Assembly: GCA_963836205.1 (NCBI GenBank)
Contig: CAWIIV010000019.1
Location: forward strand, 32,001 to 96,000
Reading direction: 5' to 3'
DNA length: 64,000 bases
Origin: an uncultured Acidimicrobiia bacterium
Lineage (GTDB): Bacteria > Actinomycetota > Acidimicrobiia > Acidimicrobiales > AC-14
Shown here: one piece after another, positions 1 through 10,088 of the stretch
Position numbering within the stretch: position 1 is the stretch's first letter
How the letters are laid out: every line of letters starts with the position of its first letter
Notes under the pieces: generated by a model
The model's input: only the letters and a program-made list of their open reading frames with translations
Told to the model about the DNA's origin: nothing
The model's database searches: none
Made by a program: the position numbers and the translations under genes

Positions 1-602
1 GAGGAGGAGTCGGCCCGCATGGGGGTCCTGGTGGAGGACCTGCTCCTGCTGGCCCGCCTCGACCAGGCCCGGGTCGACGAGGCCGACCGGCCGCCGGCGG
101 TCGCCGGTCGACCTGGCCCGCCTGGCCGCCGATGCCGTGGCCGACGCCCGGGCGGTGTCGCCCGACCGACCCATCACCTTCACCGACGGGTCGCCGGTGA
201 TGGTGTTGGGCGACGAGCTCCGCCTGCGCCAGGTGGCCGGGAACCTGCTCGCCAACGCCCAGGTCCACACGCCCCCGGGCACGGCGGTGCGGGTGACGGT
301 GGCCGCCCACGGCGACCGGGCCCGCCTGGAGGTGAGCGACGACGGCCCCGGCCTGGCCCCCGAGGCCGCGGAACGGGTCTTCGAGCGCTTCTACCGGGTC
401 GACAAGGCCCGCAGCCGGGCCACCGGGCGGTGCCGGGCTGGGACTGTCGATCGTGGCCGCCATCGCCGAGGTCCACGGCGGCTCGGCCCGCCTGGAGCCG
501 CCCGCGCCCGACCGCCGGGGCGCCACGTTCGTGGTCGACCTCCCCCTGCTGGTCGAGGCCGATGCGTCGTCCGCGGAATCGGTCGGTCCGAAAATCGGTT
601 GA
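1..602 (+). CDS. Sensor histidine kinase, C-terminal part (HisKA end + HATPase); runs off the left edge; two apparent frameshifts (~100, ~428)
   Basis: LVEDLLLLARLD, LRQVAGNLLANA (N box), VSDDGPG (G1), FERFYRVDKARSR, then GAGLGLSIVAAIAEVHGG (G2) in a third frame ending TGA 600-602. Confidence 0.85.
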
Positions 603-648
603 CTTTCCCAACGGTCGAACGCGATCGTCTGGCCGGAAAGGGGCGTGG

Positions 649-2251
649 ATGACCGACGACGGGCGAATGGACGACGGGCGGGTGGACGACGGGCGGGTGG
701 ACGACCGGCGCTGGTGGACCCTCGGGATCCTCTGCCTCAGCCTGGTGATGATCATCGTGGGCAACACGGTGCTCAACGTCGCCCTCCCCACCCTGATCCG
801 GGAGATCGACGCCTCGTCGACCGACCTCCAGTGGATGGTCGACGCCTACGCCCTCGTCTTCGCCGGCCTCCTCCTCACCGGGGGTGCGCTGGGCGACCGC
901 TTCGGGCGCAAGGGCGCCCTCACCATCGGCCTGGTCGTCTTCGGGGCGGCGTCGATCCTGGCCGCGGTGTCCGACTCCGCCAGCCAGGTCGTCGTCACCC
1001 GGGGGATCATGGGCCTGGGCGCGGCGCTGGTGATGCCGGCCACCCTGTCGATCCTGGTCACCGTCTTCCCGCCCCACGAGCGGGGCCGGGCCATCGGCGT
1101 GTGGGCCGGCCTGGCCGGGGCGGGGGCGGCCGTCGGGCCCATCGCCGGCGGCTGGCTGCTGGAGCACTTCTGGTGGGGCTCGGTGTTCCTGGTCAACATC
1201 CCCGTGATCGCGGTGGCCCTGGTGGGCGGGCACTTCCTGGTCCCTACCTCCCGCGACCCCCGCAGGCCCCCGCTCGACCCGGTCGGGGCGGGACTGTCGA
1301 TCGTCGGCCTGGGGTCGGTGCTCTACGCCATCATCGAGGCCCCCACCCACGGCTGGACCGGAGGCCCTACCCTCGTCGCCGCCGGCATCGGCGTGGCGTT
1401 CCTGCTCCTGTTCGCGGCCTGGGAGCTGCGCACGCCCTTCCCCATGCTCGACCTGCGGTTCTTCAAGAACCCCCGGTTCAGCTCGGCCGCGGCGGCCATC
1501 ACCCTGGTGTTCTTCGCTCTCTTCGGCACGTTCTTCCTGCTCACCCAGTACCTGCAGCTGGTGCGGGGCTACTCCGCCCTCGGGGCGGGGGTGCACTCCC
1601 TCCCCGCTCCCCTCACCATCATGCTCATGGCCCCCATGAGCTCGAAGGTTGTCGACCGCTTCGGCGCCCGGTGGGTGATCGCGGCCGGCCTCTCGGTCGT
1701 GGCCGTCGGCCTGGCGCTGGCGTCCACCCTCGGCACCGACACCCCGTACGCCCTGCTCGCCGGGTGCCTCGTGATCCTGGCCACGGGGTTGGCCATGTCG
1801 ATGGCGCCCGCCACCACCTCGATCATGACGTCGCTGCCGCTGGGCAAGGCCGGCGTCGGCTCGGCCGTCAACGACACCACCCGCGAGCTCGGCGGTGCCC
1901 TCGGGGTGGCGGTCCTCGGCAGCCTGGTGGCGTCGCACTACGCATCGTCGATCGGGGCCGTCCCCGGCTTCGCCGGCGTCCCCGGCGACCTGGCCCGGCG
2001 GTCGCTGGGCACCGCCCTCCAGGTGGCGGCGTCGGCCGGCGAGGACGGCCCGCGGTTGGCGGCGGCGGCGAGGGCGGCCTTCGTCGACGCCATGTCGCTC
2101 GCCTTCGTCGTGGCGGCGGCGGTGACCCTGGGCGCGTCGCTGCTGGTCGCCCGCTTCATGCCCGGCGGACGGCCGGGGTGTCGTCCCTGGCCTCGTCCTC
2201 GGTGGCACGGCTCCGCCGGAGCCCGCCCCCGAGGTGCCGGCGCCCCTGTAG
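649..2251 (+). CDS. DHA2/EmrB-QacA family MFS drug efflux transporter; probable frameshift near 2165
   Basis: LQWMVDAYALVFAGLLL, GALGDRFGRK, WGSVFLVNIP, ~14 TM segments; natural-looking stop TAG 2249-2251 lies in another frame, otherwise the ORF reads through antisense to narK. Confidence 0.85.
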
Positions 2252-2271
2252 CGCCGACGCCCGCCCGCCGC

Positions 2272-3798
2272 TTACACCGACGCCTGGGAGAAGCTGGCGC
2301 TCTTGCGCAGGTAGAACGCCCACGTCACGACGGCGAACACCAGGTAGGAGACGAGGAACACCCACAGGGCGGGCACCGACCAGTCGGCGTGGGCGGCGGC
2401 CACGGCCACCTTCTCGGCCGGAGTCGCGGCCGCCTTCACCAGGGCCGACACGTCGAGGCTCGCCTGGCGCAGGACCACCTGGATCAGGAAGCCGCCGAAA
2501 GCGCCGATCGCCCCCGCGATCCCGATCACCGCCGCCGCCCGGCGCTTGAACTCCACCGCCACCGACTTCGGCTCCAGCCCCTTCGCGCCCGCTTCCCGCC
2601 GCCCGAGCAGGGCGAAGATCGACGGGATCATCTTGTAGGTCGAGCCGTTCCCCATGCCGGCCAGCAGGAAGACGACCATGTAGGAGCCGAAGAACAGCGG
2701 GAAGCTGCGCTCCTGCACCCCGACGATGGCGGTGCCGGTGGCGATGGCCATGCCCAGGAACACCGCGAGCGTGACCCGGGCCCCGCCCACCTTGTCCGAC
2801 AGCCAGCCGCCGACGGGCCGGGCGACCGAGCCGATGAGGGCACCGACGAACCCGAGGCCGGCGAGGTAGGTGGCGATGAACGGGTGCCCGCCGAGGAATT
2901 CCGGGAACGTGTTCTTGATCACGAGCGGCAGGGCGAAGGAGAAGCCGATGAACGAGCCGAACGTGCCGATGTACAGGAACGCCATGATCCACGTCTGGCC
3001 GTAGCCGAGCGCCGCCACGTAGGAGCGCTTGTCCGCCTTGACCTGCGTCAGGCTGTCCATGTAGAGCCAGGCGCCGATGGCCGCGATGGCGATGAGGGGC
3101 ACCCACATCAGGCCGGCGTAGGCCAAATGGACGTCGTGGACCGGGAGCTTCACCGCTGCCGCGGGGATGCCGATGATGATCGCCAGCGGCACCAGGAGCT
3201 GGGCGGTGGCGACGCCGAGGTTGCCGCCGGCCGCGTTCATCCCCAGGGCGAAGCCCTTCTTCCCCTCGGGATAGAAGAACGAGATGTTGAACATCGAGGA
3301 GGAGAAGTTGCCTCCTCCGAAGCCGGCCGTGGCCGCGCAGGCCAGGAGGATCCACAGCTGGAGGTCGTGGGACTGGTCGGCCAGCCAGCCGCTCGGCACC
3401 ACGATGGCCAGCAGCAGCACCGGGATGAACAGGAACGAGGCGCTGATGGCGGTCCACGCCCGTCCGCCGAAGCGGGGCACGGCGAACGTGTAGGGGATGC
3501 GGAGGAACGATCCGACCAGGTTCGGGACAGCGGTGAGCATGAACAGCTCCGACACCGACAGCGTGAGCCCGATGTTGGCCAGGTTGATGACCACGATCGT
3601 CCACAGCACCCAGATGCTGAAGCCCATGTGCTCGGCGATGATCGAGAACACGAGGTTCTTGGCCGCGATCCGCTTGCCGGTCTGTTCCCAGAAGATCGGA
3701 TCCTCCGGCTCCCAGTGGTCGATCCAACGGCCTCTCCGACTGAAGTCGCCGGTCGAGGCGCCTGGTGATGGAGCGGTGATGGTGTCGGTCGTGCTCAA
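2272..3798 (-). CDS. narK: NarK/NasA family nitrate/nitrite MFS transporter
   Basis: WIDHWEPEDPIFW, nitrate signature GFGGGNFSSSM, AAGGNLG, FLYIGTFGSFIGFS, GMGNGSTYKMIP; TTG start after GGAGG RBS. Confidence 0.93.
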   Translation of the reverse strand: MSTTDTITAPSPGASTGDFSRRGRWIDHWEPEDPIFWEQTGKRIAAKNLVFSIIAEHMGFSIWVLWTIVVINLANIGLTLSVSELFMLTAVPNLVGSFLRIPYTFAVPRFGGRAWTAISASFLFIPVLLLAIVVPSGWLADQSHDLQLWILLACAATAGFGGGNFSSSMFNISFFYPEGKKGFALGMNAAGGNLGVATAQLLVPLAIIIGIPAAAVKLPVHDVHLAYAGLMWVPLIAIAAIGAWLYMDSLTQVKADKRSYVAALGYGQTWIMAFLYIGTFGSFIGFSFALPLVIKNTFPEFLGGHPFIATYLAGLGFVGALIGSVARPVGGWLSDKVGGARVTLAVFLGMAIATGTAIVGVQERSFPLFFGSYMVVFLLAGMGNGSTYKMIPSIFALLGRREAGAKGLEPKSVAVEFKRRAAAVIGIAGAIGAFGGFLIQVVLRQASLDVSALVKAAATPAEKVAVAAAHADWSVPALWVFLVSYLVFAVVTWAFYLRKSASFSQASV

Positions 3799-3876
3799 TG
3801 TCGCCTCCGGGGCAGGCTGGCTCGGATCGGCAAATAGCCCGTCGTCCGAAACCTAGGAGTCGATGCCTTCGGGGCC

Positions 3877-3892
3877 GTTTCCGACCCGTCAC
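3877..3892 (-). promoter_or_regulatory. GlnR box upstream of narK
   Basis: Minus strand GTGAC-gggtcg-GAAAC matches the actinobacterial GlnR a/b consensus gTnAc-n6-GaAAc. Confidence 0.7.
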
Positions 3893-3909
3893 CGGTTGAT
3901 GAAGGCTCG

Positions 3910-3937
3910 CTCACACGCCCGCCCCGGCCGCTGTGCG
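3910..3937. promoter_or_regulatory. NnaR/NlpR-like inverted repeat upstream of narK
   Basis: CTCACA-N16-TGTGCG, one mismatch from a perfect CTCACA/TGTGAG inverted repeat, 17 bp from the GlnR box. Confidence 0.55.
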
Positions 3938-4230
3938 GTCCCGTTCACGTTGTCCGCGACGACGGTGTGCGGCTACGCCCGGATGGTGATCGTGGCCGAC
4001 GAGATGCCGGCCGGGTCGTCTGGGTGTTCCGCGAGGCGCAGGAGCAGCTCATGGCCTGGATGGCTGCGGAGGAGGAGGCCGCTGCCGCTGCCGCCTGGTC
4101 GGTCGTTTCGCGGCGGCCGTTGCGGCGGCGGCAGGGCGGTGGCAAGGCGCTCGCAGGGTTGTGGCAGGGGTGGAGGCGGACGATGCGGTTGTCGGACACA
4201 CCGGCCACCGATCCCGAAAGGACCCCTCCC

Positions 4231-4638
4231 ATGTTCAGGAAGACCCTCGCCGCCATCGCCGTCGCCGGGAGCCTGCTGGTCATGGCGCCCCGCGCCGCCA
4301 TCGCCGAAGAGACCGCCACCCGCCCCGCGGCGACCGCCGAGGTCGAGTTCGGGGCCAAGAGGGACGCCATCGCCCAACAGGCGCTGAGCGACATCGAGAG
4401 GCGTCTGGCCGGCGACCCGGCGCTCGTACGGCAGATCCAGGGGGCGGCGGCGAAAGGCGACACCGTCCGGGCGTCGAGCCTGTTGGCCGTCGACGGCGCC
4501 GAGGTCGTCTCCGTCGGCACCGAGGCCGCCGAGTACGAGACGAACCGGTTGACGATCCGGGTCCGGGTCACGGTCTGTGTCACCGTCTGGGGAACGACCT
4601 ACTGCGGCACGATCATCGTCACGATCAATCTCGACTGA
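4231..4638 (+). CDS. Secreted small protein / prepropeptide with C-terminal two-Cys beta-hairpin
   Basis: GAAAGGA RBS, Sec signal MFRKTLAAIAVAGSLLVMAPRAAIA, C-terminus TIRVRVTVCVTVWGTTYCGTIIVTINLD; downstream hairpin 4664-4688. Confidence 0.75.
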   Translation: MFRKTLAAIAVAGSLLVMAPRAAIAEETATRPAATAEVEFGAKRDAIAQQALSDIERRLAGDPALVRQIQGAAAKGDTVRASSLLAVDGAEVVSVGTEAAEYETNRLTIRVRVTVCVTVWGTTYCGTIIVTINLD

Positions 4639-4782
4639 CCTGGGCGGCTCGCCGACGGGCGGTGAACGCGGCCCTCAGGGCCGTGTTCCCGCGTCGGCAA
4701 AGGTACCGTCACGGCCACTGGCAATCGCGGGGGCCACGTCGGTAGCGCCAAGGCACGGCGGCGGCGGCGACGGCGGCGGCGC

Positions 4783-5043
4783 GGCTCGGTGCCTTACCTC
4801 CCCCTGGGGCTCAGCCGGCAGCGAAGGTGAACGCGACGTCGACGGCGGCGTCGACGGCGAAGTCGGTATCGGACGTCCGGCTCGGTGCCCACCTCCCCCT
4901 CCTGGGTACCCAGCCGGCGGCGGGGTGAACGCCACCTCGACGGCGGCGGCACGCGGTATCGGAGGTCCGGCTCGGTGCCATACCTCCCCCTGGGGCTCAG
5001 CCGGCAGCGAAGGTGAACGCGACGTCGACGGCGGCCTCGACGG
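4783..5043. repeat. Three ~93-bp tandem copies containing the SIMPL gene 3' end
   Basis: Units start GGCTCGGTGCC at ~4783, ~4879, ~4969; copies 1 and 3 nearly identical over ~75 bp, copy 2 diverged. Confidence 0.8.
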
Positions 5044-5641
5044 TCATCTCGTCCGGGGTGACGTCGATGACTTCGGGCTCCGCGGCACCGGCGACCGCCA
5101 TACGCGCCATCATCGGCGTGAAGCCGACGGCGTCGGACGGCTGACGGAGGCCCGGTTCCGCCACCCATCGCACGCCCGTCACCCGGAGGCCGAGGGCGGC
5201 CGCGTAGGCGTCGGCTCGGGTCCGGGCGTCGGCTGCGGCCAGCCGGCGAACCTCGGTGTGGACGCCGTTGGTCGGGTCGAGCTGCCACGTGGGCCCGTCG
5301 ACGGCGGCACCGGCGGCGGCCAACTCGGCCAGGAGGTCGCCGAGGACGGCGAAGTCGACGACTTCGACCACCGACGTCCGGCTCGCCCGCCACCCGGTGC
5401 GGACGCTCTCGCCCTTCTTCCAACGGGTCCGTGGGTGCACCACGAGCGAGGTGGTGATGACGCGGTCGGTGGCGGCCTGGCGGTTGGCGACGGCGGCATC
5501 GACCTGTCCGGCCAGCCGGGCCGCCTCCCGGTAGGCGTCGTCGCGACCGGATCCGTCGGCCTCGACCGTAACTGTGACGACCGCCCGGTCGGGCAACGCC
5601 CGGGCCTGCCCCCCGCCCCGCACCACGATCGCCTCGTCCAC
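4997..5641 (-). CDS. SIMPL (DUF541) domain protein
   Basis: IVVRGGGQARALPDRAVVTVTVE, VDGPTWQLD, AAADARTRADAYAAALG, PDEMTVEAAVDVAF; start inferred at GTG 5641. Confidence 0.85.
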   Translation of the reverse strand: MDEAIVVRGGGQARALPDRAVVTVTVEADGSGRDDAYREAARLAGQVDAAVANRQAATDRVITTSLVVHPRTRWKKGESVRTGWRASRTSVVEVVDFAVLGDLLAELAAAGAAVDGPTWQLDPTNGVHTEVRRLAAADARTRADAYAAALGLRVTGVRWVAEPGLRQPSDAVGFTPMMARMAVAGAAEPEVIDVTPDEMTVEAAVDVAFTFAAG

Positions 5642-5924
5642 AATGACGACGCTAGCCAGCCGGCCGGGCGCGGGCCCGTCGCGTGGGTGGGACGCGTGGG
5701 ATGGGTGCGGGACGCGGTGCCGGCCGAACTCGAGATCCGACGGGAGATGCTCAGGCAGCGCGGTGGAGGCGGCGCTGACCGGTGTGCTCGGGGCCGCTTC
5801 GCGGCGTGAGCGCACGAAGGTACGGGCAATGCCGGCGGGTCCCATCAGCGAAAGGCCGTGTCCTGGCAGACATCGAAACATTTGGGAGGCGAGCACTTGC
5901 ATTGCCCTGGGGAGGTGGTAGGAT

Positions 5925-5940
5925 ACGAACACCAGTTCGC
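5925..5940. promoter_or_regulatory. LexA (SOS) box
   Basis: aCGAAC-ACCA-GTTCGc matches the actinobacterial/Firmicutes CGAAC-N4-GTTCG, ~45 bp before the HNH gene ATG. Confidence 0.75.
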
Positions 5941-5983
5941 TGGGCTCGCTTCCCCCTCCATAGTCGTTCGGTCGACAACGGGC

Positions 5984-7409
5984 ATGGCTATGGGCGTAGG
6001 GATCGCGGAGCTGCGGGAGTCCTTGAGTGGGTATGCCGCCGGCTTCGACGCGGCCGTGCTGTCGGCGGTGCAGGCCGCGGTGGTCGTCGACGAGGCGTCC
6101 CGGATCGAGAAGATCGCCGCCACCGTCAAGGCCCTGGCCGCGGCCCGGGTGGCCGATGCGGGGACGTGGCGGGCCGAGGGCGATCGTTCGGCAGCCCACA
6201 TGCTGGCCCGGCGCACGGGCACCAGCGTGGTCCAGGCCGCGGCCGCCCTCGACACCGCCCGCCGGCTCGACGCATTGCCGCAGACGTCGGCGGCCGCTCG
6301 TCGGGGTGAGCTGTCGGCTGAGCAGGCATCGGCGATCGTCGACGCCGCCTGTTCCGACGCCGAGGCCGAGTCGCCGGCTGCTCGAGGCGGCCCGGCGCTC
6401 GCCGCTGGCCGAGCTGCGGGAGCAGTGCGCCCGCACCAAGGCCACCGCCCACGTCGACACCGAGGCCCGCCGTCGGCGCATCCACCAAAGGCGGTCGCTG
6501 CGCTCCTACACCGATTCGGAGGGCGAGTGGCATCTCCACTGCCGCGACAACCCCGAGGTGGGCGCCCGCATCATGGCCGCCCTCGAACCGATCCGGGAGG
6601 CGATCTTCCGCCGGGCGAGGGCCGAGGCCCGCCACGAACCACCCGACGCCTACGCCGCCGACGCCCTGGCCGAGATGGCCCGCCGGTCAGTGTGCCGGCG
6701 AAGTCGCCGGGATCGCCGCCCGAGGGCCGGCGGAACCACGGGGGACGACGGGCCGATCGGGGTCGGCGAAACCGATGGGGCGAGCGGGGTCGGCGGGAAT
6801 GACCAGACTCGTGCGCCCGACGGGCAGGTCGACGTCGACCGGGCCCCGGAGCCGAGCGGCGTCGCCGTAGCGGGTGACCGGCCCGTCCGGCAACGGGCGC
6901 CGGTGCCGCGGGTGGGTCCGCCGAAGATCATCGTGCGGGTCGACCTCGAGGCACTGTTGCGAGGCTTGCCGACCGAGGGGGAGGTCTGCGAGATCGCCGG
7001 GTTCGGGCCAGTGGCGGTGTCCGCGGTGCGGGAGATGATCGACACCGATGACCCCTTCCTCACCGCAGTTGCCACCCGGGGCCAGAAACTTGTCGGAGTG
7101 GCCCATCTGGGGCGGCGGCCCAACGCCTTGCAGCAGACGGCCCTCCAGTGGCTGTACCCGAGCTGCGCCAACGAGGCCTGCAGCGCCCAGGCCCGCCTCG
7201 ACTACGACCATCGCGTCGACTGGTCCCGCACCCACTTCACCGTGCTCGACCTGCTCGATCGCCTCTGTGGGCACTGCCACGCGCTCAAGACGCGGCAGAA
7301 CTGGTCCCTGGTCGAGGGCCGGGGCAAACGGGCGCTGGTCCCACCCGAGGATCGGCGGCATCCGAGGAACGCTGTGGACGTCAGGGACAATGGCCCGCCG
7401 GCAGCGTGA
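5984..7409 (+). CDS. DUF222 / HNH endonuclease (REP13E12-like); apparent frameshift ~6371
   Basis: N-terminal ARRLDALPQTSAAARRGELSAEQASAI (DUF222), IIVRVDLEAL...CEIAGFGPV, C-terminal CANEAC...DYDHRVDW...LDRLCGHCHALKT. Confidence 0.85.
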
Positions 7410-7670
7410 GCGATCGGGACGCCCGGCGGAGCCCGGGAGGATGCGTGCGCTCTGAGCCCGGCCCGACAGCGGCCGGCGACGGGCCCGACGGCGGCGGGCG
7501 GCGGGCCGGCGGCGCGGCGGCGACGGCGGCGCGGCGGCGCGGCGGCGGACGATCGTTGGTACCGAACGGCCGGGGGCCGCTTGGGCGAGCGGCGGGCAGT
7601 GCCTCGGGCGGCCGCTGACGCGCAACAGCGGGCGCCAAGGACGACGTGACGGACAGCGGACAGCGGGCGC

Positions 7671-7831
7671 CACGGGCGACGGGCGACGGGCGACGGACGA
7701 CGTGCGGTGGACGACGTGCGGTGGACGACGGACGACGGGCGACGGACGACGTGCGACGGACGACGTGCGACGGACGACGTGCGGTGGACGACGGACGACG
7801 GACGACGGGCGACGGACGACGGGCGACGTGA
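7671..7831. repeat. Intergenic heptamer tandem array, ~23 units
   Basis: Uninterrupted 7-bp register of GACGGGC / GACGGAC / GACGTGC / GGTGGAC. Confidence 0.85.
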
Positions 7832-7951
7832 CGGAGCGCGGGAGGTGGGCGGTGGGCGAGCTCGCGCTGGGCAGGCTGGACGCGGTGGGCGCGGTGGGCG
7901 AGAGCGGGGGGCGGGGGGGGCGGGAGACGGGGCGGTCGGCGAGAGCGGGGG

Positions 7952-10078
7952 TTAGGGCTTGGACATGGGTTCTAGGTGGACGGCGGATTGTTTGTAGTTG
8001 GGCTCGCGGGAGATGGGGTCGAACTCGTCGACCGTGAGGCGGTTGACGCAGAGCTCGTCGTAGTGGAAGGGCATGAAGACCTCGCCCTCGCGGATGGTGG
8101 CGGTGACGCGGACCGGGACGCCTTCGACGATGCCGCGGCGGGAGACGAGGCGGACCCGATCACCGGCGGCCACGCCCAGTCGCACCGCGTCGGCGGGGTT
8201 GACCTCGACCCAGCCCTCGGGGGCGAGGTGCTCCAGCACGCCCACCCGGCCCGTCTTGGTGCGCGTATGCCAGTGCTCGACGGTGCGGCCGGTGTTCAGG
8301 AGGAACGGGAACCGGTCGGTGAGGGCGTCGGCGATGGGCTCGGGCGACACGCACCACAACCGAGCCCGGCCGTCGGCAGTCGGGAACACCCCGTCCTCGT
8401 AGAGCCGAACCGACCCCCCCACGTCGGCGGTCGACGACGAGCACGGCCACTGCACCCCGCCGGCGGCGTCGATGCGGTCGTAGGTGATCCCCGAGTAGTC
8501 GCACAGCCGACCGGCCGACACCCGCCCCCACTCCCGGAAGGCGTCCTCCGGCCCCTTCCACCCGGGGAACAACGCCTCCCGCACCCCCAGCGCCTCCCCC
8601 ACCGAGAGAAAGATGTCGAAGTCGGACCGGGCCAGCCCCGGCGGAGCCACGGCCGCCCGCACCCGGGACACCCGCCGCTCGGCGTTGGTGTAGGTCCCGT
8701 CCTTCTCGCCCCAGATGGCGGCCGGCAGGACCACGTGGGCCAGGGCGGTGGTGGGCGTCTCGAACCCGTCCTGCACCACCAGCAGGTCGAGGTTGGACAG
8801 CGCCCGCTCCAGCCGGCCCCGGTTGGGGAACGACACCGGCGGGTTGGTGGCGATGATCCACAGCCCCTTGATCGTCCCGTCGTAGACCCCGTCGATGATG
8901 TCGGGGTACGCCCGCCCCCGGGTCACCGGCAGCCGGTCGACGGGCCAGTCCCACAGGCCGGCGATCTCCTCCCGGTCGGCGGCCGAGTCCCACGCCCGGT
9001 AGCCGGGGATGGAGGCCGTCGCCCCCGCCTCCCGGGTGCCCATGGCGTTGCACTGGCCGGTGATGGAGAACGGCGACGCCCCCGCCTTGCCCACGTTGCC
9101 CGTGATGAGGCACAGCGTGTTGAGCAACGTCACCGTCTCCGTGCCCTGGGTCGAGTGGTTCACGCCCATGGTCCACGCGGCGGTGGCCGACCCCGCCCGC
9201 CCGAAGGCCAACGCCGCCGCCCGGATGAGGTCCGCCGAGACCCCGCACTCGGCCGCCACCCGATCGAGGTCGTAGGACGCCACATGCGCCGCCAACTCCT
9301 CGAACCCCGACGTGTGGGCATCCACGTACGCCCGGTCGACCAGGCCCTCGTCGATGAGGATCTTGATCATCCCGTTGAGCAGGACGATGTCGGTGCGGGC
9401 CCGCACGGCCAGGTGGAGGTCGGCCATCATCGCCGTCTTCGTCACCCGGGGGTCGACCACGATCACCGTGGCGGTGGTGTTCCCGATGACCCGGGGCGCC
9501 AGCAGCGGGTGGTTGTCGGCGATGTTGGCCCCCACCAGGAGGATGCAGTCGGCCACCTCCAGGTCGGCGTAGGCCCCCGGCGGCCCGTCGCTGCCGAACG
9601 TGCGCTTGTAACCCGACACCGCGCTGGCCATGCACAGGGTGGTGTTGCCGTCGTAGTGGCGCAGGCCGAGGCCCAGGCGGGCCAGCTTGCCCAGGGCATA
9701 GAACTCCTCCGTCACCAGCTGGCCGGTGGACAGGACGGCCACCGAGTCCGGTCCGTGCTCGTGGAGCAGGCGGCGGAAGCCGACCACCATCGACCCGATG
9801 GCGGCGTCCCAGGTCACCGGCTGACCGCCGAGCAGCGGTGTGGTCAGCCGCCCGTCGACGTCGATCGTCCGGTGCTCCGACAACCCTTTGGGGCAGAGCC
9901 GGCCCTGGTTGACAGGGTGGGCGGGGTCGCCCATCACCGTCACCGCCTTGCCCCCCTTGACCCCGAGCAGCATCCCGCAGCCCACCGAGCAGTAGCCACA
10001 GGTGGTACGCACCCACTCGTCGGGCCGCACGTCCTCCCGCATCACCCCGTAGGTGTCGTCGGGGACGTACGTCGTCAT
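7952..10078 (-). CDS. Mo-bisPGD nitrate reductase catalytic subunit (NasA/NarB-like), no Tat signal
   Basis: CGYCSVGC...LCPKG [4Fe-4S], NTTLCMAS Mo-Cys, GQCNAMG, TNAERRV, LNTGR..HWHTRTKT, DPISREPNYK. Confidence 0.92.
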   Translation of the reverse strand: MTTYVPDDTYGVMREDVRPDEWVRTTCGYCSVGCGMLLGVKGGKAVTVMGDPAHPVNQGRLCPKGLSEHRTIDVDGRLTTPLLGGQPVTWDAAIGSMVVGFRRLLHEHGPDSVAVLSTGQLVTEEFYALGKLARLGLGLRHYDGNTTLCMASAVSGYKRTFGSDGPPGAYADLEVADCILLVGANIADNHPLLAPRVIGNTTATVIVVDPRVTKTAMMADLHLAVRARTDIVLLNGMIKILIDEGLVDRAYVDAHTSGFEELAAHVASYDLDRVAAECGVSADLIRAAALAFGRAGSATAAWTMGVNHSTQGTETVTLLNTLCLITGNVGKAGASPFSITGQCNAMGTREAGATASIPGYRAWDSAADREEIAGLWDWPVDRLPVTRGRAYPDIIDGVYDGTIKGLWIIATNPPVSFPNRGRLERALSNLDLLVVQDGFETPTTALAHVVLPAAIWGEKDGTYTNAERRVSRVRAAVAPPGLARSDFDIFLSVGEALGVREALFPGWKGPEDAFREWGRVSAGRLCDYSGITYDRIDAAGGVQWPCSSSTADVGGSVRLYEDGVFPTADGRARLWCVSPEPIADALTDRFPFLLNTGRTVEHWHTRTKTGRVGVLEHLAPEGWVEVNPADAVRLGVAAGDRVRLVSRRGIVEGVPVRVTATIREGEVFMPFHYDELCVNRLTVDEFDPISREPNYKQSAVHLEPMSKP

Positions 10079-10088
10079 GCGCTCACCA

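Noticed and set aside
19-3768. 1249-aa kinase-MFS giant fusion ORF
   Set aside because: Artefact of frameshifts plus stop-poor high-GC read-through antisense to narK.
4783-5043. DGR template/variable repeat pair
   Set aside because: Differences are not adenine-specific, and no reverse transcriptase or Avd gene is present in the window.
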